A DNA stretch of 64,000 bases from an uncultured Parcubacteria group bacterium (GCA_903944135.1 CAJAQL010000029.1:1487-65486), one strand, 5' to 3'. Counted from the first letter of the stretch, positions 1 to 9,038 are shown. The notes: generated by a model not told the origin, from the sequence alone. A program made the numbers and translations.

Positions 1-234
1 TGGGGAATGTCTTACTTCTCTGGATGGCCTCTCGGCGGTATGGGCGGCAATGGCGGCGGCAATGCCTTAGGCGGCGGCGGTTCGGGAGGTACCTGGGCCA
101 ATACGAATGGTTATGCAGGAACGGCCGGCAGTGCTTTTGGCGGTGGCGGAGGAGGAGGAAGCGGTTCGTCCTCGAGCGGTACTGGCGGTGCTGGCTCTGC
201 TGGCGGCCCGGGCGGCGTGATCATTGAATGGTAA
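1..234 (+). CDS. Glycine-rich protein, C-terminal fragment (ORF open at window start)
   Basis: The frame is open from nt 1. Translation is GGxGG-rich (GGNGGGNALGGGGSGG...GGGGGGGSGSSSSGTGGAGSAGGPGG) and ends VIIEW. A strong hairpin terminator follows. Confidence 0.4.
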   Translation, partial: WGMSYFSGWPLGGMGGNGGGNALGGGGSGGTWANTNGYAGTAGSAFGGGGGGGSGSSSSGTGGAGSAGGPGGVIIEW

Positions 235-241
235 CCACAGC

Positions 242-280
242 AAAGACTCGACCCTGATGATTCAGGGTCGAGTCTTTAAA
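242..280. terminator. Rho-independent-like hairpin between convergent genes
   Basis: aaagactcgaccctga-tgat-tcagggtcgagtcttt is a perfect 16-bp stem followed by ttaaatt. Confidence 0.6.
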
Positions 281-310
281 TTATCGAAGTTGAAATTCAA
301 CAAGAGATGA

Positions 311-2533
311 TCACTCGCGGTGGAGATTTTTTTGGAATGCCGCGAGCCGCGCTTTGAGCTGGAGATGGTTCTTGAATGTTGGATCGGTTCGGACGGTTTC
401 CGACGCCGCTTCGCGGCTGGTCTTCACAAGCGCCGGATCGCGGAGGGCTTCGAGCGTCGCGTCCGAGAAACCGCTTTGCACCTCACCAAAGAATTCGCCG
501 GGACCGCGGAGCTTGAGATCTTCTTCGGCGAGCTCGAAACCATTTTTCGCCTTAAGGATCGCCCGCAGGCGGGCTTTCGCTTTTTCGCCCTTCATTTCGG
601 TCATCAGGAAACAGTAGGATTGATATTCGCCGCGCCCAATACGGCCGCGGAATTGGTAGAGCTGGGCAAGGCCGAATCGGTCGGCGCCTTCGATGATCAT
701 GATCGCCGCGTTCGGCACGTCAACGCCCACCTCAATGACGGATGTCGCGACCAGCATGTCGATCTTTCCTTCTTTAAAGTCGCGCATGACAGTTTCCTTT
801 TCTTTCGGTTTCATTTTTCCGTGGAGCATGGCGATCTTGAACTCCGGGAATATTTTTTTACTGAGCTTATCGTATTCTTCTTCGACGGATTTCAGATCCA
901 ACGTCGATGTGGAAAATTTTTTGCTGTCATTCCCGCTCAGGCGGGAATCCAGAGTCTTCTTTTTCTGGGTTCCCGCCTGAGCGGGAACGACAGAGTTAGA
1001 TGAGGCGACATCGGTATCCGGCGTGATGAGCGGGCAGATGACGAATGCCTGCCGCCCCTTTTTGATCTCGCCACGTATGAATTCATAGGTCGCCTGCCGT
1101 TCGATCGGTGACACGATTTTGGTCACGATCGGCTTCCGGCCGGCGGGCAGTTCTGTGATAAGCGAAACGTCGAGATCGCCGAAGACGGTCATCATCAAGG
1201 TGCGCGGGATCGGAGTCGCGGACATACTGAGAAGATGCGGTATGCCTGCCGCGCTCGCGCTGCGCGCCAGCGTTTTCCGCTGATTGACGCCGAAGCGATG
1301 CTGTTCGTCGATGACGACAAGCCCGAGATTGTTGAAACGGGCGGATTTTTCGACAAGTGCGTGGGTGCCGAACACGATAGCGATCTCGCCCGCGGCTGAT
1401 TTTTTCCAGAATTCCGCTTTCGGTGTTTTTGCCGTCAGGTCGTTGTCGTAGAGCATGATCGTACCGCTTCCCGTCGCAAGGCCAACCGTAGGCTGATCTT
1501 CTGGTTTCACATGTTTGAGGAATCTTTGGAAGGTTTCGAAATGCTGGCGGGCGAGGATCTCGGTCGGTGCCATAAAAACGGTCTGGAATCCGTGCTCGGC
1601 GGCGGTGATCGCCGCGATCGCGGCGACGATCGTTTTGCCTGAACCGACATCGCCCTGCAGAAGGCGGTTCATCGGTTTCGGTTTGGCGAGGTCCTGCACG
1701 ATGTCCCAGAGCGACTGCTTCTGCGATTGCGTGAGCGAAAAGGGGAGCGTTGCGAGAATGTGTTTGATGCGTTCAATATCGATCGGTATCACGGGAGCCT
1801 GTTCATGGCTCAGCTTCAGTTTTTGCTGGAGATTGAAAAGCTGAAGGAGGAAAAGATTTTCGAATCGGAATCTCCTCTCTGCGGTGGCGGCGTCTTCGAA
1901 GCGGGCAGGAAGATGGATGTCCTGCAGGGCTTTTTGCAGGTTCGGGAGATCATAACGCGAGAGGATCTCTTGCGGGATCCACTCTGCGAGCGCGGGATTG
2001 TGTCTCATGGCGATGCGGATCGCGAACCGGATGCCGCGCGAGGTGAGCCCCTTGGTTTCCGGATAAACGGGAACAAGCCGTCCGGTATGGATAGCTTCGG
2101 AATCCTGCCTGACTACTTCGTATGTGGGATTGTTGAAATAAAGCTCGTTCTCTTCCGAGATGGAAACCTTTCCGGAAAAGTTCGCGATGCGGCCCGCGTG
2201 GAGCGTGTTTGCGATATAGGGCTGATTGAACCAGACGGCGCGGATGGTCCCCGATTCGTCCGAGAGCATCGCTTCGATGATGGTGAGGCCCCGCCGCGTG
2301 CGGCGCGAAGTCACTTCTTCGATGGCGGCCTGAACCGTGGCGAGTTCGCCGGGTTCAAGATCGTCGATCTTGCAGATCTCCGAGAAATCTTCGTAGCGCG
2401 AGGGAAAATGCCAAAGGAGATCGCGGACGGTCTTTATCCCGATCTTTTCGAATCGCTTTAAGAGGGGAGTGCGAGCACCCAGGATGTCATAGAGCGGCGT
2501 TTCAAGCGAGATTTCCCGCATATGATTGGCCAT
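311..2533 (-). CDS. recG: ATP-dependent DNA helicase RecG
   Basis: Walker A GSGKT, a DEQHRFG box, the helicase C-terminal motif QxxGRxGR (YQFRGRIGRGE), and overall RecG-like domain order. The true start is probably MANHMREIS at 2533; the ORF-track N-terminal extension runs through a repeat element. The gene contains an in-frame palindromic-repeat insertion at 926-995. Confidence 0.85.
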   Translation of the reverse strand: MANHMREISLETPLYDILGARTPLLKRFEKIGIKTVRDLLWHFPSRYEDFSEICKIDDLEPGELATVQAAIEEVTSRRTRRGLTIIEAMLSDESGTIRAVWFNQPYIANTLHAGRIANFSGKVSISEENELYFNNPTYEVVRQDSEAIHTGRLVPVYPETKGLTSRGIRFAIRIAMRHNPALAEWIPQEILSRYDLPNLQKALQDIHLPARFEDAATAERRFRFENLFLLQLFNLQQKLKLSHEQAPVIPIDIERIKHILATLPFSLTQSQKQSLWDIVQDLAKPKPMNRLLQGDVGSGKTIVAAIAAITAAEHGFQTVFMAPTEILARQHFETFQRFLKHVKPEDQPTVGLATGSGTIMLYDNDLTAKTPKAEFWKKSAAGEIAIVFGTHALVEKSARFNNLGLVVIDEQHRFGVNQRKTLARSASAAGIPHLLSMSATPIPRTLMMTVFGDLDVSLITELPAGRKPIVTKIVSPIERQATYEFIRGEIKKGRQAFVICPLITPDTDVASSNSVVPAQAGTQKKKTLDSRLSGNDSKKFSTSTLDLKSVEEEYDKLSKKIFPEFKIAMLHGKMKPKEKETVMRDFKEGKIDMLVATSVIEVGVDVPNAAIMIIEGADRFGLAQLYQFRGRIGRGEYQSYCFLMTEMKGEKAKARLRAILKAKNGFELAEEDLKLRGPGEFFGEVQSGFSDATLEALRDPALVKTSREAASETVRTDPTFKNHLQLKARLAAFQKNLHRE
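926..995. repeat. Composite palindromic repeat (two ~28-bp stem-loop units in inverted orientation around a T-rich spacer), inserted in-frame in recG
   Basis: gtcaTTCCCGCtcagGCGGGAAtccagag tcttctttttctgg gtTCCCGCctgaGCGGGAAcgacagag. On the coding strand this gives ...VVPAQAGTQKKKTLDSRLSGNDS... without breaking the reading frame. Confidence 0.8.
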
Positions 2534-2576
2534 AGTATAGCACAAAAGATGAGTCAAGAGAAACGGGATATTTCTT

Positions 2577-2650
2577 GTCGTTCCCGCGTAGGCGGGGATC
2601 CAGGTTTTCTTTGGTACCATTCTGGATCCCCGCATTCGCGGGGACGACAG
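2577..2650. repeat. Composite palindromic repeat (same family) immediately upstream of the recG start
   Basis: gtcgTTCCCGCgtagGCGGGgatccagg ttttctttggtaccatt ctggatcCCCGCattcGCGGGgacgacag. Two units lie in inverted orientation around a 17-bp spacer resembling the spacer of the copy inside recG. Confidence 0.75.
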
Positions 2651-2706
2651 AAGGGAATTTGGTTGAAATTTTTCAAATAAGATTTTATTATGGATGAGTT
2701 GGTTTT

Positions 2707-2741
2707 GCCCCTATAGCTCAGTTGGTAGAGCAGCTCCCTCT
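2707..2741 (+). other. tRNA-Lys 5' fragment (35 nt identical to the 5' part of the tRNA-Lys at 2814)
   Basis: gcccctatagctcagttggtagagcagctccctct is identical to the 5' part of the full tRNA, then diverges into a GCGAAAT-aaga-ATTTCGC hairpin. Confidence 0.6.
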
Positions 2742-2813
2742 GCGAAATAAGAATTTCGCCCGTTGGTTCGCTCATTGAAAACGAAAGAAGGAAAAATGCA
2801 TTGCGATCAGCGT

Positions 2814-2886
2814 GCCCCTATAGCTCAGTTGGTAGAGCAGCTCCCTCTTAAGGAGATGGTCCCAGGTTCAAATCCTGGTGGGGGCA
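2814..2886 (+). tRNA. tRNA-Lys (anticodon CTT)
   Basis: Hand-folded cloverleaf: acceptor GCCCCTA/TGGGGGC, D-arm GCTC-AGTTGGTA-GAGC, anticodon loop CTCTTAA (CTT), T-arm CCAGG-TTCAAAT-CCTGG. No encoded CCA. Confidence 0.8.
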
Positions 2887-2936
2887 CACCGCTCGAAATT
2901 CTTTCCTTCTTTCGTTTTCACTTCGCTGCCAACGGG

Positions 2937-2979
2937 AAGGAGATGGTCCCAGGTTCAAATCCTGGTGGGGGCACACCGC
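2937..2979 (+). repeat. Direct repeat of the tRNA-Lys 3' half (43 bp)
   Basis: aaggagatggtcccaggttcaaatcctggtgggggcacaccgc occurs identically at 2850-2892 and 2937-2979. Confidence 0.7.
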
Positions 2980-3116
2980 GTAGAATTTTTTAATTCTTTT
3001 TCGCGAGCGAACCGATAGCCGATTCTTTTTTCGGGTCATTGGTTTCGCCCTAGAGGTACAGAGGGTGAAATTGATTTTTAATTTATGGCATAATAAACAA
3101 ATGGGCGGGGCGGTGT

Positions 3117-4817
3117 ATGAATCGTCTATTCTCCATGATGGCGCATCAGGGTACTATCAAAATGACATGGCGAGGGAAAACGTTCCTTGTTCTGTTTTTA
3201 TTGCTTATTTTTCTTCTCTCTTTCCATCAGATATGGGATTCTGACACGTTTTACCATATTAAAACCGGTCAAGTTATCCTGAGCAGCGGACGCGTGCCCA
3301 CGGCGGATATTTTTTCCTATACCGCGCCAGGAGCTCTTTGGGTGACCCACGAATGGCTCGTGGAAGTGATTTTTTATCTGGTCACCGCGGGTTTCGGCCT
3401 TTGGGGATTGATCGGATTCGCGGCTTTTTGCATTACGCTCAGTTATTTCCTTGTCGTAAGGTCGGCGCTTCAGAAAAAGGCGAATATTTATATCGCGCTT
3501 ATTTTCGGCTTCATCATAGCTTGCCCGCTCGTCATTCATTCCGTGTCGACCAGCGCCGCGGCGATGGCAGCGCTTGCTTTTTCCTTCCTCATTTACTGTC
3601 TGGAAAAATATCGGACGGCCCCACGGGTCTTTTATTTGGCATTATCGGTCCTGGTCATATGGCTTTGGGCGAACATGCACGCGAGTTTTTTACTTGGATT
3701 GGTGGTCATCACTTTTTACGCGATCGCTCTGAGAGCTCAAATGAAATTTCCCCGTTGGTTCGGAAAGGCGCGTATCGATGCCCGACGGGCCAATTATCTC
3801 TCCGTGGCGGCGCTTGTCTCATGGGGAGCGGCTTTTCTTAATCCGAACACGTACCGGATCTTCTTTTATATTTCTTACGTGCAGGAGCTTGCGAGAGTTC
3901 TTAATATAACCGAATACCACTCCGTCCTTTCCTTGCTCGGCAATCCGATCGCGCAGGCTTTTTTGGTGGAAGTCATCTTGTCGGGGTTGTTCCTTGTCTG
4001 GCATTATGGCATCAAAGAGGAGGGTCGTGATGCGGTGACGCTCGGCTTGTTCTGCGGAGTCTCCATCCTTCCGTTCATTTCCATAGCTTATACGATCTTT
4101 TGGCCGTTCGTCGTGATCGCGCCACTTGCCGTGGCGGCGTCATCCATTCTGGACCGCGGAACAAAAAAAATATCTTGGGGGATTCTCTTTGGGTTGTTTG
4201 CGGCGCTTGGTCTTCTTGCGCTTGTCGCTGCGATCATTTCGTTGCCGAGGAGTCCCGTAAGCGACACCGCGCTTCCCGTGAAAGCGGTTGATTTTATCAA
4301 GCAAAATAATATCCATGGCCCGCTTTTTAATACCTATGATGATGGCGGATATCTGATATGGGCACTTTGGCCCCAAGAGAAGGTCGCCATTGATATGCGT
4401 TCGGAAGTTTTCAGGGGCCGGCCCGTGCAGGAATATTTGGATGTTATGAACGCCGAGAGCGATTGGAAACAGATCGTCGATCAGGAATACGGCATTAATT
4501 ATTTTGTTTTGCATTACTGGAAGCAATCCATCAGTTCTGGTTATGCTCCTCTTTTTGAGGCGTTGTCCAATGATAATTTCAGAATGGTCTATTGGGACGA
4601 TAATGCCGTCATCATGGTGCGTGCGACGCCGGAGAATGAGCATCTGATAAAAGAATACGGGACAAGCCATGTTGATCCGTTCGTGCTGCCGGAGGATATT
4701 TCGACCAATGTCAGCCAGACCGAGGCCGAGCTGAAGGCGCTTGCAGCGCGCTTCCCTGGTGTCCAGGATATACAGTATTTCTTGGCGCGCTTCCTGCAGA
4801 CGCATGGCCTGCAGTAG
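3117..4817 (+). CDS. Polytopic membrane protein with a C-terminal soluble domain; possibly a GT-C-like glycosyltransferase (ArnT/PMT-like)
   Basis: 566 aa with more than 10 predicted hydrophobic helices followed by a ~180-aa hydrophilic C-terminal domain. Start codon uncertain. Confidence 0.35.
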   Translation: MNRLFSMMAHQGTIKMTWRGKTFLVLFLLLIFLLSFHQIWDSDTFYHIKTGQVILSSGRVPTADIFSYTAPGALWVTHEWLVEVIFYLVTAGFGLWGLIGFAAFCITLSYFLVVRSALQKKANIYIALIFGFIIACPLVIHSVSTSAAAMAALAFSFLIYCLEKYRTAPRVFYLALSVLVIWLWANMHASFLLGLVVITFYAIALRAQMKFPRWFGKARIDARRANYLSVAALVSWGAAFLNPNTYRIFFYISYVQELARVLNITEYHSVLSLLGNPIAQAFLVEVILSGLFLVWHYGIKEEGRDAVTLGLFCGVSILPFISIAYTIFWPFVVIAPLAVAASSILDRGTKKISWGILFGLFAALGLLALVAAIISLPRSPVSDTALPVKAVDFIKQNNIHGPLFNTYDDGGYLIWALWPQEKVAIDMRSEVFRGRPVQEYLDVMNAESDWKQIVDQEYGINYFVLHYWKQSISSGYAPLFEALSNDNFRMVYWDDNAVIMVRATPENEHLIKEYGTSHVDPFVLPEDISTNVSQTEAELKALAARFPGVQDIQYFLARFLQTHGLQ

Positions 4818-5046
4818 GGGATCATCGCGGAACATCGCTCTGGCGGCAAGAATGAAAAAAGCCGATGTCGGGATCAGCCCTTTGCATTTCCATGCGGGAC
4901 ACATGCTCGCCGCCGCTCGCATTTGATCTGGGCGCCGCCTCGCTGAATTTTTCTGCTGAAAAATTCATTTCCGGCGTTCGATTTCCTTGATGTCAGGGCA
5001 TGAAAAAACTGCAGCGAGCAAAGTCGCTGCAGTTTCTTCATGCGAG

Positions 5047-5118
5047 TGCCCCCGGAGGGAATCGAACCCCCAAATCGAGCTTCGAAGGCTCGCGTTTTAT
5101 CCGTTAGACTACGAGGGC
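5047..5118 (-). tRNA. tRNA-Arg (anticodon TCG)
   Basis: The reverse complement folds as acceptor GCCCTCG/CGGGGGC, anticodon arm CGAGC-CTTCGAA-GCTCG (TCG), T-arm GGGGG-TTCGATT-CCCTC. The D-arm is non-canonical or short. Confidence 0.65.
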
Positions 5119-5193
5119 AGAAAGTTTGAACGTTGCAATGTCGTTTTCGCGGCAACACTAGAACATCCGCTTTCTTATGTTATAATTATCCGC

Positions 5194-5829
5194 ATGAATA
5201 TTGCAATGACGGTATTCGAATTTATCGTCCTGCTGTTTTCCGCGATACTCCACGAGATCGCGCATGGTTTTATGGCGGAAAAATTAGGTGATGATACGGC
5301 GAAGCGCGCAGGGCGGCTGACTTTGAACCCTTTGGTGCATCTCGATCTGTTCGGATCCATCATCATGCCGATCGCGCTTTTTGTCGCGAGCGGCGGGACG
5401 TTCTTTTTTGCTGCCGCAAAACCGGTGCCGTATGATCCCCGGAACCTGAAAAATCCGCGGAGCGGCAGTGCGGAGATCGCGCTCGCAGGACCGTGCACCA
5501 ATCTTCTTCTTGCAATCGTTTTTGGCGTTGCGGTGCGCGTCGGTATTCTGTTCTCAGCTCCGGATATCTTCATTTCGCTTCTCGCGGTCATCGTATATCT
5601 GAACATCGCGCTTGCGATCTTCAATCTGATCCCGATCCCGCCGCTCGACGGATCGCGCGTGCTTTTCGCGGCACTGCCGCCGAGCCGCACGACGTTCCGT
5701 GTGGCATATTTCCTGGAGCGGTATGGCATCATCCTCGTTCTGGCGTTCGCGATCTTCGGTTTCAGTTTATTGATGCCGTTCATGGGATATCTTTTTGGGA
5801 TCTTCACCGGTCAGCCGTCGCCGTTCTAA
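5194..5829 (+). CDS. Site-2 protease family (peptidase M50) membrane metalloprotease
   Basis: An HEIAH zinc motif in TM1, an LDG motif (IPIPPLDGSRV) and multiple TM helices. Start chosen at MNIAMTV, downstream of the tRNA. Confidence 0.75.
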   Translation: MNIAMTVFEFIVLLFSAILHEIAHGFMAEKLGDDTAKRAGRLTLNPLVHLDLFGSIIMPIALFVASGGTFFFAAAKPVPYDPRNLKNPRSGSAEIALAGPCTNLLLAIVFGVAVRVGILFSAPDIFISLLAVIVYLNIALAIFNLIPIPPLDGSRVLFAALPPSRTTFRVAYFLERYGIILVLAFAIFGFSLLMPFMGYLFGIFTGQPSPF

Positions 5830-5857
5830 AAAACAAAAATAAAATCTATCAAAATTC

Positions 5858-7012
5858 ATGCCGAGTTTTTTCTTTCTCAAGAAAAAGAAAAAAGCAGATG
5901 ATCGCACCGTAGGGAAGATATCCCTCTTTTTTGTAAGTATTTTGGCGCTTCAGTTCATGCTGTTCATGTTGCATTTCATGATCTATGAGACGCTTGCGTC
6001 GATCTTCGGTTTTGACAGTCTTTTCCTTGCGGTCGTGCTGGGTCTTTTGTCGCTCACGTTCATGTCGTCGTCGTTCCTTGCGGCGAAGGCGGACAATCTC
6101 TTCGTTCGGATTTACTACGAGTTCGCGGCGGTCTGGTTCTCCTTCGTTGCGCCTTTCTGCGCCGCATGCGCGGCCTTCGTGATCATTGAAAATCTGTCGC
6201 CATCCGCAGTATGGAGGATCACGCCGTTCACGGTCGGTATGTTCTGTTTCGGCGCCGCGATCGTCGTATCGCTCTACGGCATCTGGAACAGTTGCCGTGT
6301 CCGCGTGACGCACGTCGCGATGTCCCTGCCGAACGTTCCCGATGCGTGGCACGGAAAGCGATTGGTCTTTTTTTCTGATGTTCATCTCGGCAACATCCGC
6401 AGGCAGGGCTTTGCGCGGCGCATCGTGAAAAAGGTGCAGACGCTTGATCCGGCGCTCGTTGCGATCTGCGGCGACCTCTTTGACGGTCCGAAGTGCGATG
6501 CCGAAAAATTACTTGCTCCGTTCAGGGATCTGCGACCGTCGCGGGGATTTTATTACGTGAGCGGCAATCATGAATATATCCGCGACCAGAATGTTTTCTT
6601 CGACGCCATTCAAGATGCGGGCATCAGGATCCTGCGGAACGAAAAAGTGGATGTGGATGGCATCGATCTCGTCGGTGTCGATTGGAAAGATACTGCTCAG
6701 AAGGGGAACTTCGCGGCGATTCTTGACGGCATGCATATCTCGTCATCGCGGCCGAGCATTCTTCTGAAACATGTTCCGAAGGATCTCGACGTCGCGGAAC
6801 GTGCCGGCATTTCGCTCCAGCTTTCGGGTCATACGCATCGCGGACAATTCTGGCCGCTTTCGATCGCTACGCATTATATTTACGGTGGATTCGATTATGG
6901 ATTTCATGAACTAGGAAAGATGTTCGTTTATATTTCGAGCGGTGTCGGCACGGCGATGCTGCCGTTCCGGCTCGGCACAAAAGCCGAGATCGTATCTATT
7001 GAATTCAAGTAG
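5858..7012 (+). CDS. Membrane-anchored calcineurin-like metallophosphoesterase
   Basis: An N-terminal region of 4-5 TM helices, then the motifs FFSDVHLG, CGDLFDG, SGNHE and GHTHRGQ. Paralog of 22714..23814. Confidence 0.75.
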   Translation: MPSFFFLKKKKKADDRTVGKISLFFVSILALQFMLFMLHFMIYETLASIFGFDSLFLAVVLGLLSLTFMSSSFLAAKADNLFVRIYYEFAAVWFSFVAPFCAACAAFVIIENLSPSAVWRITPFTVGMFCFGAAIVVSLYGIWNSCRVRVTHVAMSLPNVPDAWHGKRLVFFSDVHLGNIRRQGFARRIVKKVQTLDPALVAICGDLFDGPKCDAEKLLAPFRDLRPSRGFYYVSGNHEYIRDQNVFFDAIQDAGIRILRNEKVDVDGIDLVGVDWKDTAQKGNFAAILDGMHISSSRPSILLKHVPKDLDVAERAGISLQLSGHTHRGQFWPLSIATHYIYGGFDYGFHELGKMFVYISSGVGTAMLPFRLGTKAEIVSIEFK

Positions 7013-7095
7013 AAGGATGGACCACTGTTTTTTCGTCCCCGTCCCTCGAGAGACTCGGGATAAACTCCGGCGGGGACTCAGAAAAGAAGACAACA

Positions 7096-7125
7096 TGGAT
7101 TCCCGCCTTTGCGGGAACGACAGAG
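7096..7125. repeat. Single palindromic repeat unit
   Basis: tggaTTCCCGCctttGCGGGAAcgacagag, 80 nt after the metallophosphoesterase stop. Confidence 0.75.
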
Positions 7126-7209
7126 GTTTTTTCTTGCCCCACCCAAGCGTATGAGCGAACTGCATTCCGCGAGCTGGAGCGGGTTGCTCAAAAAGAAAAA
7201 CCGGAGCCG

Positions 7210-7239
7210 TTGACAAAAAGCATCGTTTTAGACTACAAT
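7210..7239 (+). promoter_or_regulatory. Sigma70-like promoter upstream of tuf
   Basis: TTGACA (7210-7215), an 18-nt spacer, TACAAT (7234-7239). Confidence 0.5.
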
Positions 7240-7369
7240 TTCTTAGTAAATCTTCCCCGGGCAACATCGGGTCGATTGGTTGACGGTTGCCACAACTCTC
7301 ACGGGCTTTTGGAGAGTTGTTTTCAAGAGGGGATGATGCCGGTAAAAAATAAAATAATTTTAAATCACT

Positions 7370-8569
7370 ATGGCAGAAAAAGAAAAATACACCCGAACAA
7401 AGCCGCATGTGAACATCGGCACGATCGGACATGTTGATCACGGAAAAACGACTTTGACCGCCGCGATCACGCATATCTTGCATATGAAAGGTTTGGCGAA
7501 GAAAGAGGAAGGAGTCGATCAGATCGATAATGCTCCGGAAGAAAAAGCGCGCGGTATCACCATTGCGTTGCATCATTCCGAGTACGAGTCGGACACGCGC
7601 CATTATGCGCACGTGGACGCTCCGGGACACGCTGATTACATCAAGAACATGATCACGGGTGCCGCCCAGATGGACGGTGCGATCTTGGTCGTCGCCGCAA
7701 CGGATGGTCCGATGCCGCAGACGCGTGAGCACATTCTCTTGGCGCACCAGGTCGGTGTTCCGAAGATCGTGGTGTTCTTGAACAAGTGCGATATGGTGGA
7801 CGATCCGGAACTCATTGACCTCGTTGAGTCCGAAGTCCGCGAGCTTTTGAAGAAATATGAGTTCGATGGCGATAATGCGCCGGTCATCCGCGGTTCCGCA
7901 TTGAAGGCGCTCGCCGCTACGTCGCTTGACGATCCGGCCGCGAAGCCTATTCTCGACCTCATCAAAGCGGTCGATGAATACATCCCGACCCCTGAGCGCG
8001 CTCTCGATAAACCGTTCCTTATGCCGATCGAAGATATCTTCTCAATTGAAGGTCGCGGCACCGTGGTGACGGGTCGTATCGAACGTGGCAGAGTAAAGGT
8101 GAACGATGAAATCGAATTGGTCGGTCTCCGCCCGACGGCGAAGACGGTCGTCACCGGCATTGAAATGTTCCAGAAGACGCTCGATGAAGGCCAGGCTGGC
8201 GATAACGTCGGCGTCCTGCTCCGCGGTCTCAAGAAAGAGGATGTGGAGCGCGGTCAGGTGCTCGCAAAGCCGGGCAGCGTGACCCCGCATTCCGAATTCG
8301 AAGCGCAGGTCTACGTGCTTTCGAAAGAAGAAGGCGGTCGCCATTCGCCGTTCTTCAAGGGTTACAAGCCGCAGTTCTACATCCGCACCACGGACGTGAC
8401 GGGCGAAGTGACGCTTCCTGAAGGTATGGAAATGGTGATGCCGGGCGATACGGTGAGCCTTTCGGTCAAACTGATCACCCCGGTCGCACTTGAAGAGAAG
8501 CAGCGTTTCGCCATCCGCGAGGGCGGCAAGACGGTCGGTGCCGGTTCGGTCTCGAAGATCATTAAATAA
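7370..8569 (+). CDS. tuf: Elongation factor Tu
   Basis: [34 protein letters not shown]..., [12 protein letters not shown]. Full-length at 399 aa. Confidence 0.97.
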   Translation: MAEKEKYTRTKPHVNIGTIGHVDHGKTTLTAAITHILHMKGLAKKEEGVDQIDNAPEEKARGITIALHHSEYESDTRHYAHVDAPGHADYIKNMITGAAQMDGAILVVAATDGPMPQTREHILLAHQVGVPKIVVFLNKCDMVDDPELIDLVESEVRELLKKYEFDGDNAPVIRGSALKALAATSLDDPAAKPILDLIKAVDEYIPTPERALDKPFLMPIEDIFSIEGRGTVVTGRIERGRVKVNDEIELVGLRPTAKTVVTGIEMFQKTLDEGQAGDNVGVLLRGLKKEDVERGQVLAKPGSVTPHSEFEAQVYVLSKEEGGRHSPFFKGYKPQFYIRTTDVTGEVTLPEGMEMVMPGDTVSLSVKLITPVALEEKQRFAIREGGKTVGAGSVSKIIK

Positions 8570-8649
8570 GTTGTGATGTTTGCATGGTGCGGTGCGCTCA
8601 AACGAGCTGCATTGCACCATGCGACACTGCGACCTTAAAACAATTTATC

Positions 8650-8979
8650 ATGGCAAAAAAAGAATCGGGTCTTCCCCAAAAAGTCAGATTGCGGATCAAA
8701 TCGTACGATTATAAATTGATCGATACTTCCGCGCGGCGCATTATTGAAGCGGCTGAACGGAACGACGCCGAGGTGGTCGGCCCGATTCCTTTGCCAACCG
8801 AGATAAAGCGTTACACGGTGAATCGTTCGACCTTCATCGACAAAGATTCCCGCGAGCAGTTCGAGCTCCGGATCCATAAGCGCTTGGTTGAGATATTGAA
8901 TCCCAATCCGCGCATCGTGGAATCCCTTTCGAACCTGAACTTGCCCGCCGGAGTTGAAGTCGAGATCAAGATGGTATAG
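8650..8979 (+). CDS. rpsJ: 30S ribosomal protein S10
   Basis: [51 protein letters not shown]...HKRLVEI matches S10 along its whole length. It sits 80 nt downstream of tuf. Confidence 0.9.
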   Translation: MAKKESGLPQKVRLRIKSYDYKLIDTSARRIIEAAERNDAEVVGPIPLPTEIKRYTVNRSTFIDKDSREQFELRIHKRLVEILNPNPRIVESLSNLNLPAGVEVEIKMV

Positions 8980-8996
8980 TCTCCGTCATTCCAAAC

Positions 8997-9026
8997 AAAA
9001 GCCGCCCGAAAGGGCGGTTTTTGTTT
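8997..9026 (+). terminator. Rho-independent terminator after rpsJ
   Basis: aaaaGCCGCCCgaaaGGGCGGtttttgttt. Confidence 0.75.
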
Positions 9027-9038
9027 AGTCATTTTTTT

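Noticed and set aside
311-2635. N-terminal extension of recG to position 2635 (MRGSRMVPKKTWIPAYAGTTRN...)
   Set aside because: The extension is encoded by the composite palindromic repeat at 2577-2650. A conserved-looking RecG N-terminus begins at MANHMREIS (2533).
2554-3039. Small ORFs 2554..2775 (-), 2763..2993 (+), 2848..3039 (-)
   Set aside because: They read through the tRNA-Lys gene, its fragments and the palindromic repeats (translated 'FCRPRECGDPE', 'VPGSNPGGGTP' are tRNA T-arm/repeat artefacts).
4140-4922. 260-aa minus-strand ORF
   Set aside because: Antisense shadow of the 566-aa membrane protein gene; Arg/His-rich translation typical of off-frame GC-rich sequence.
7636-8620. 198-aa and 192-aa minus-strand ORFs
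   Set aside because: Lie inside tuf (antisense). EF-Tu identity is unambiguous.
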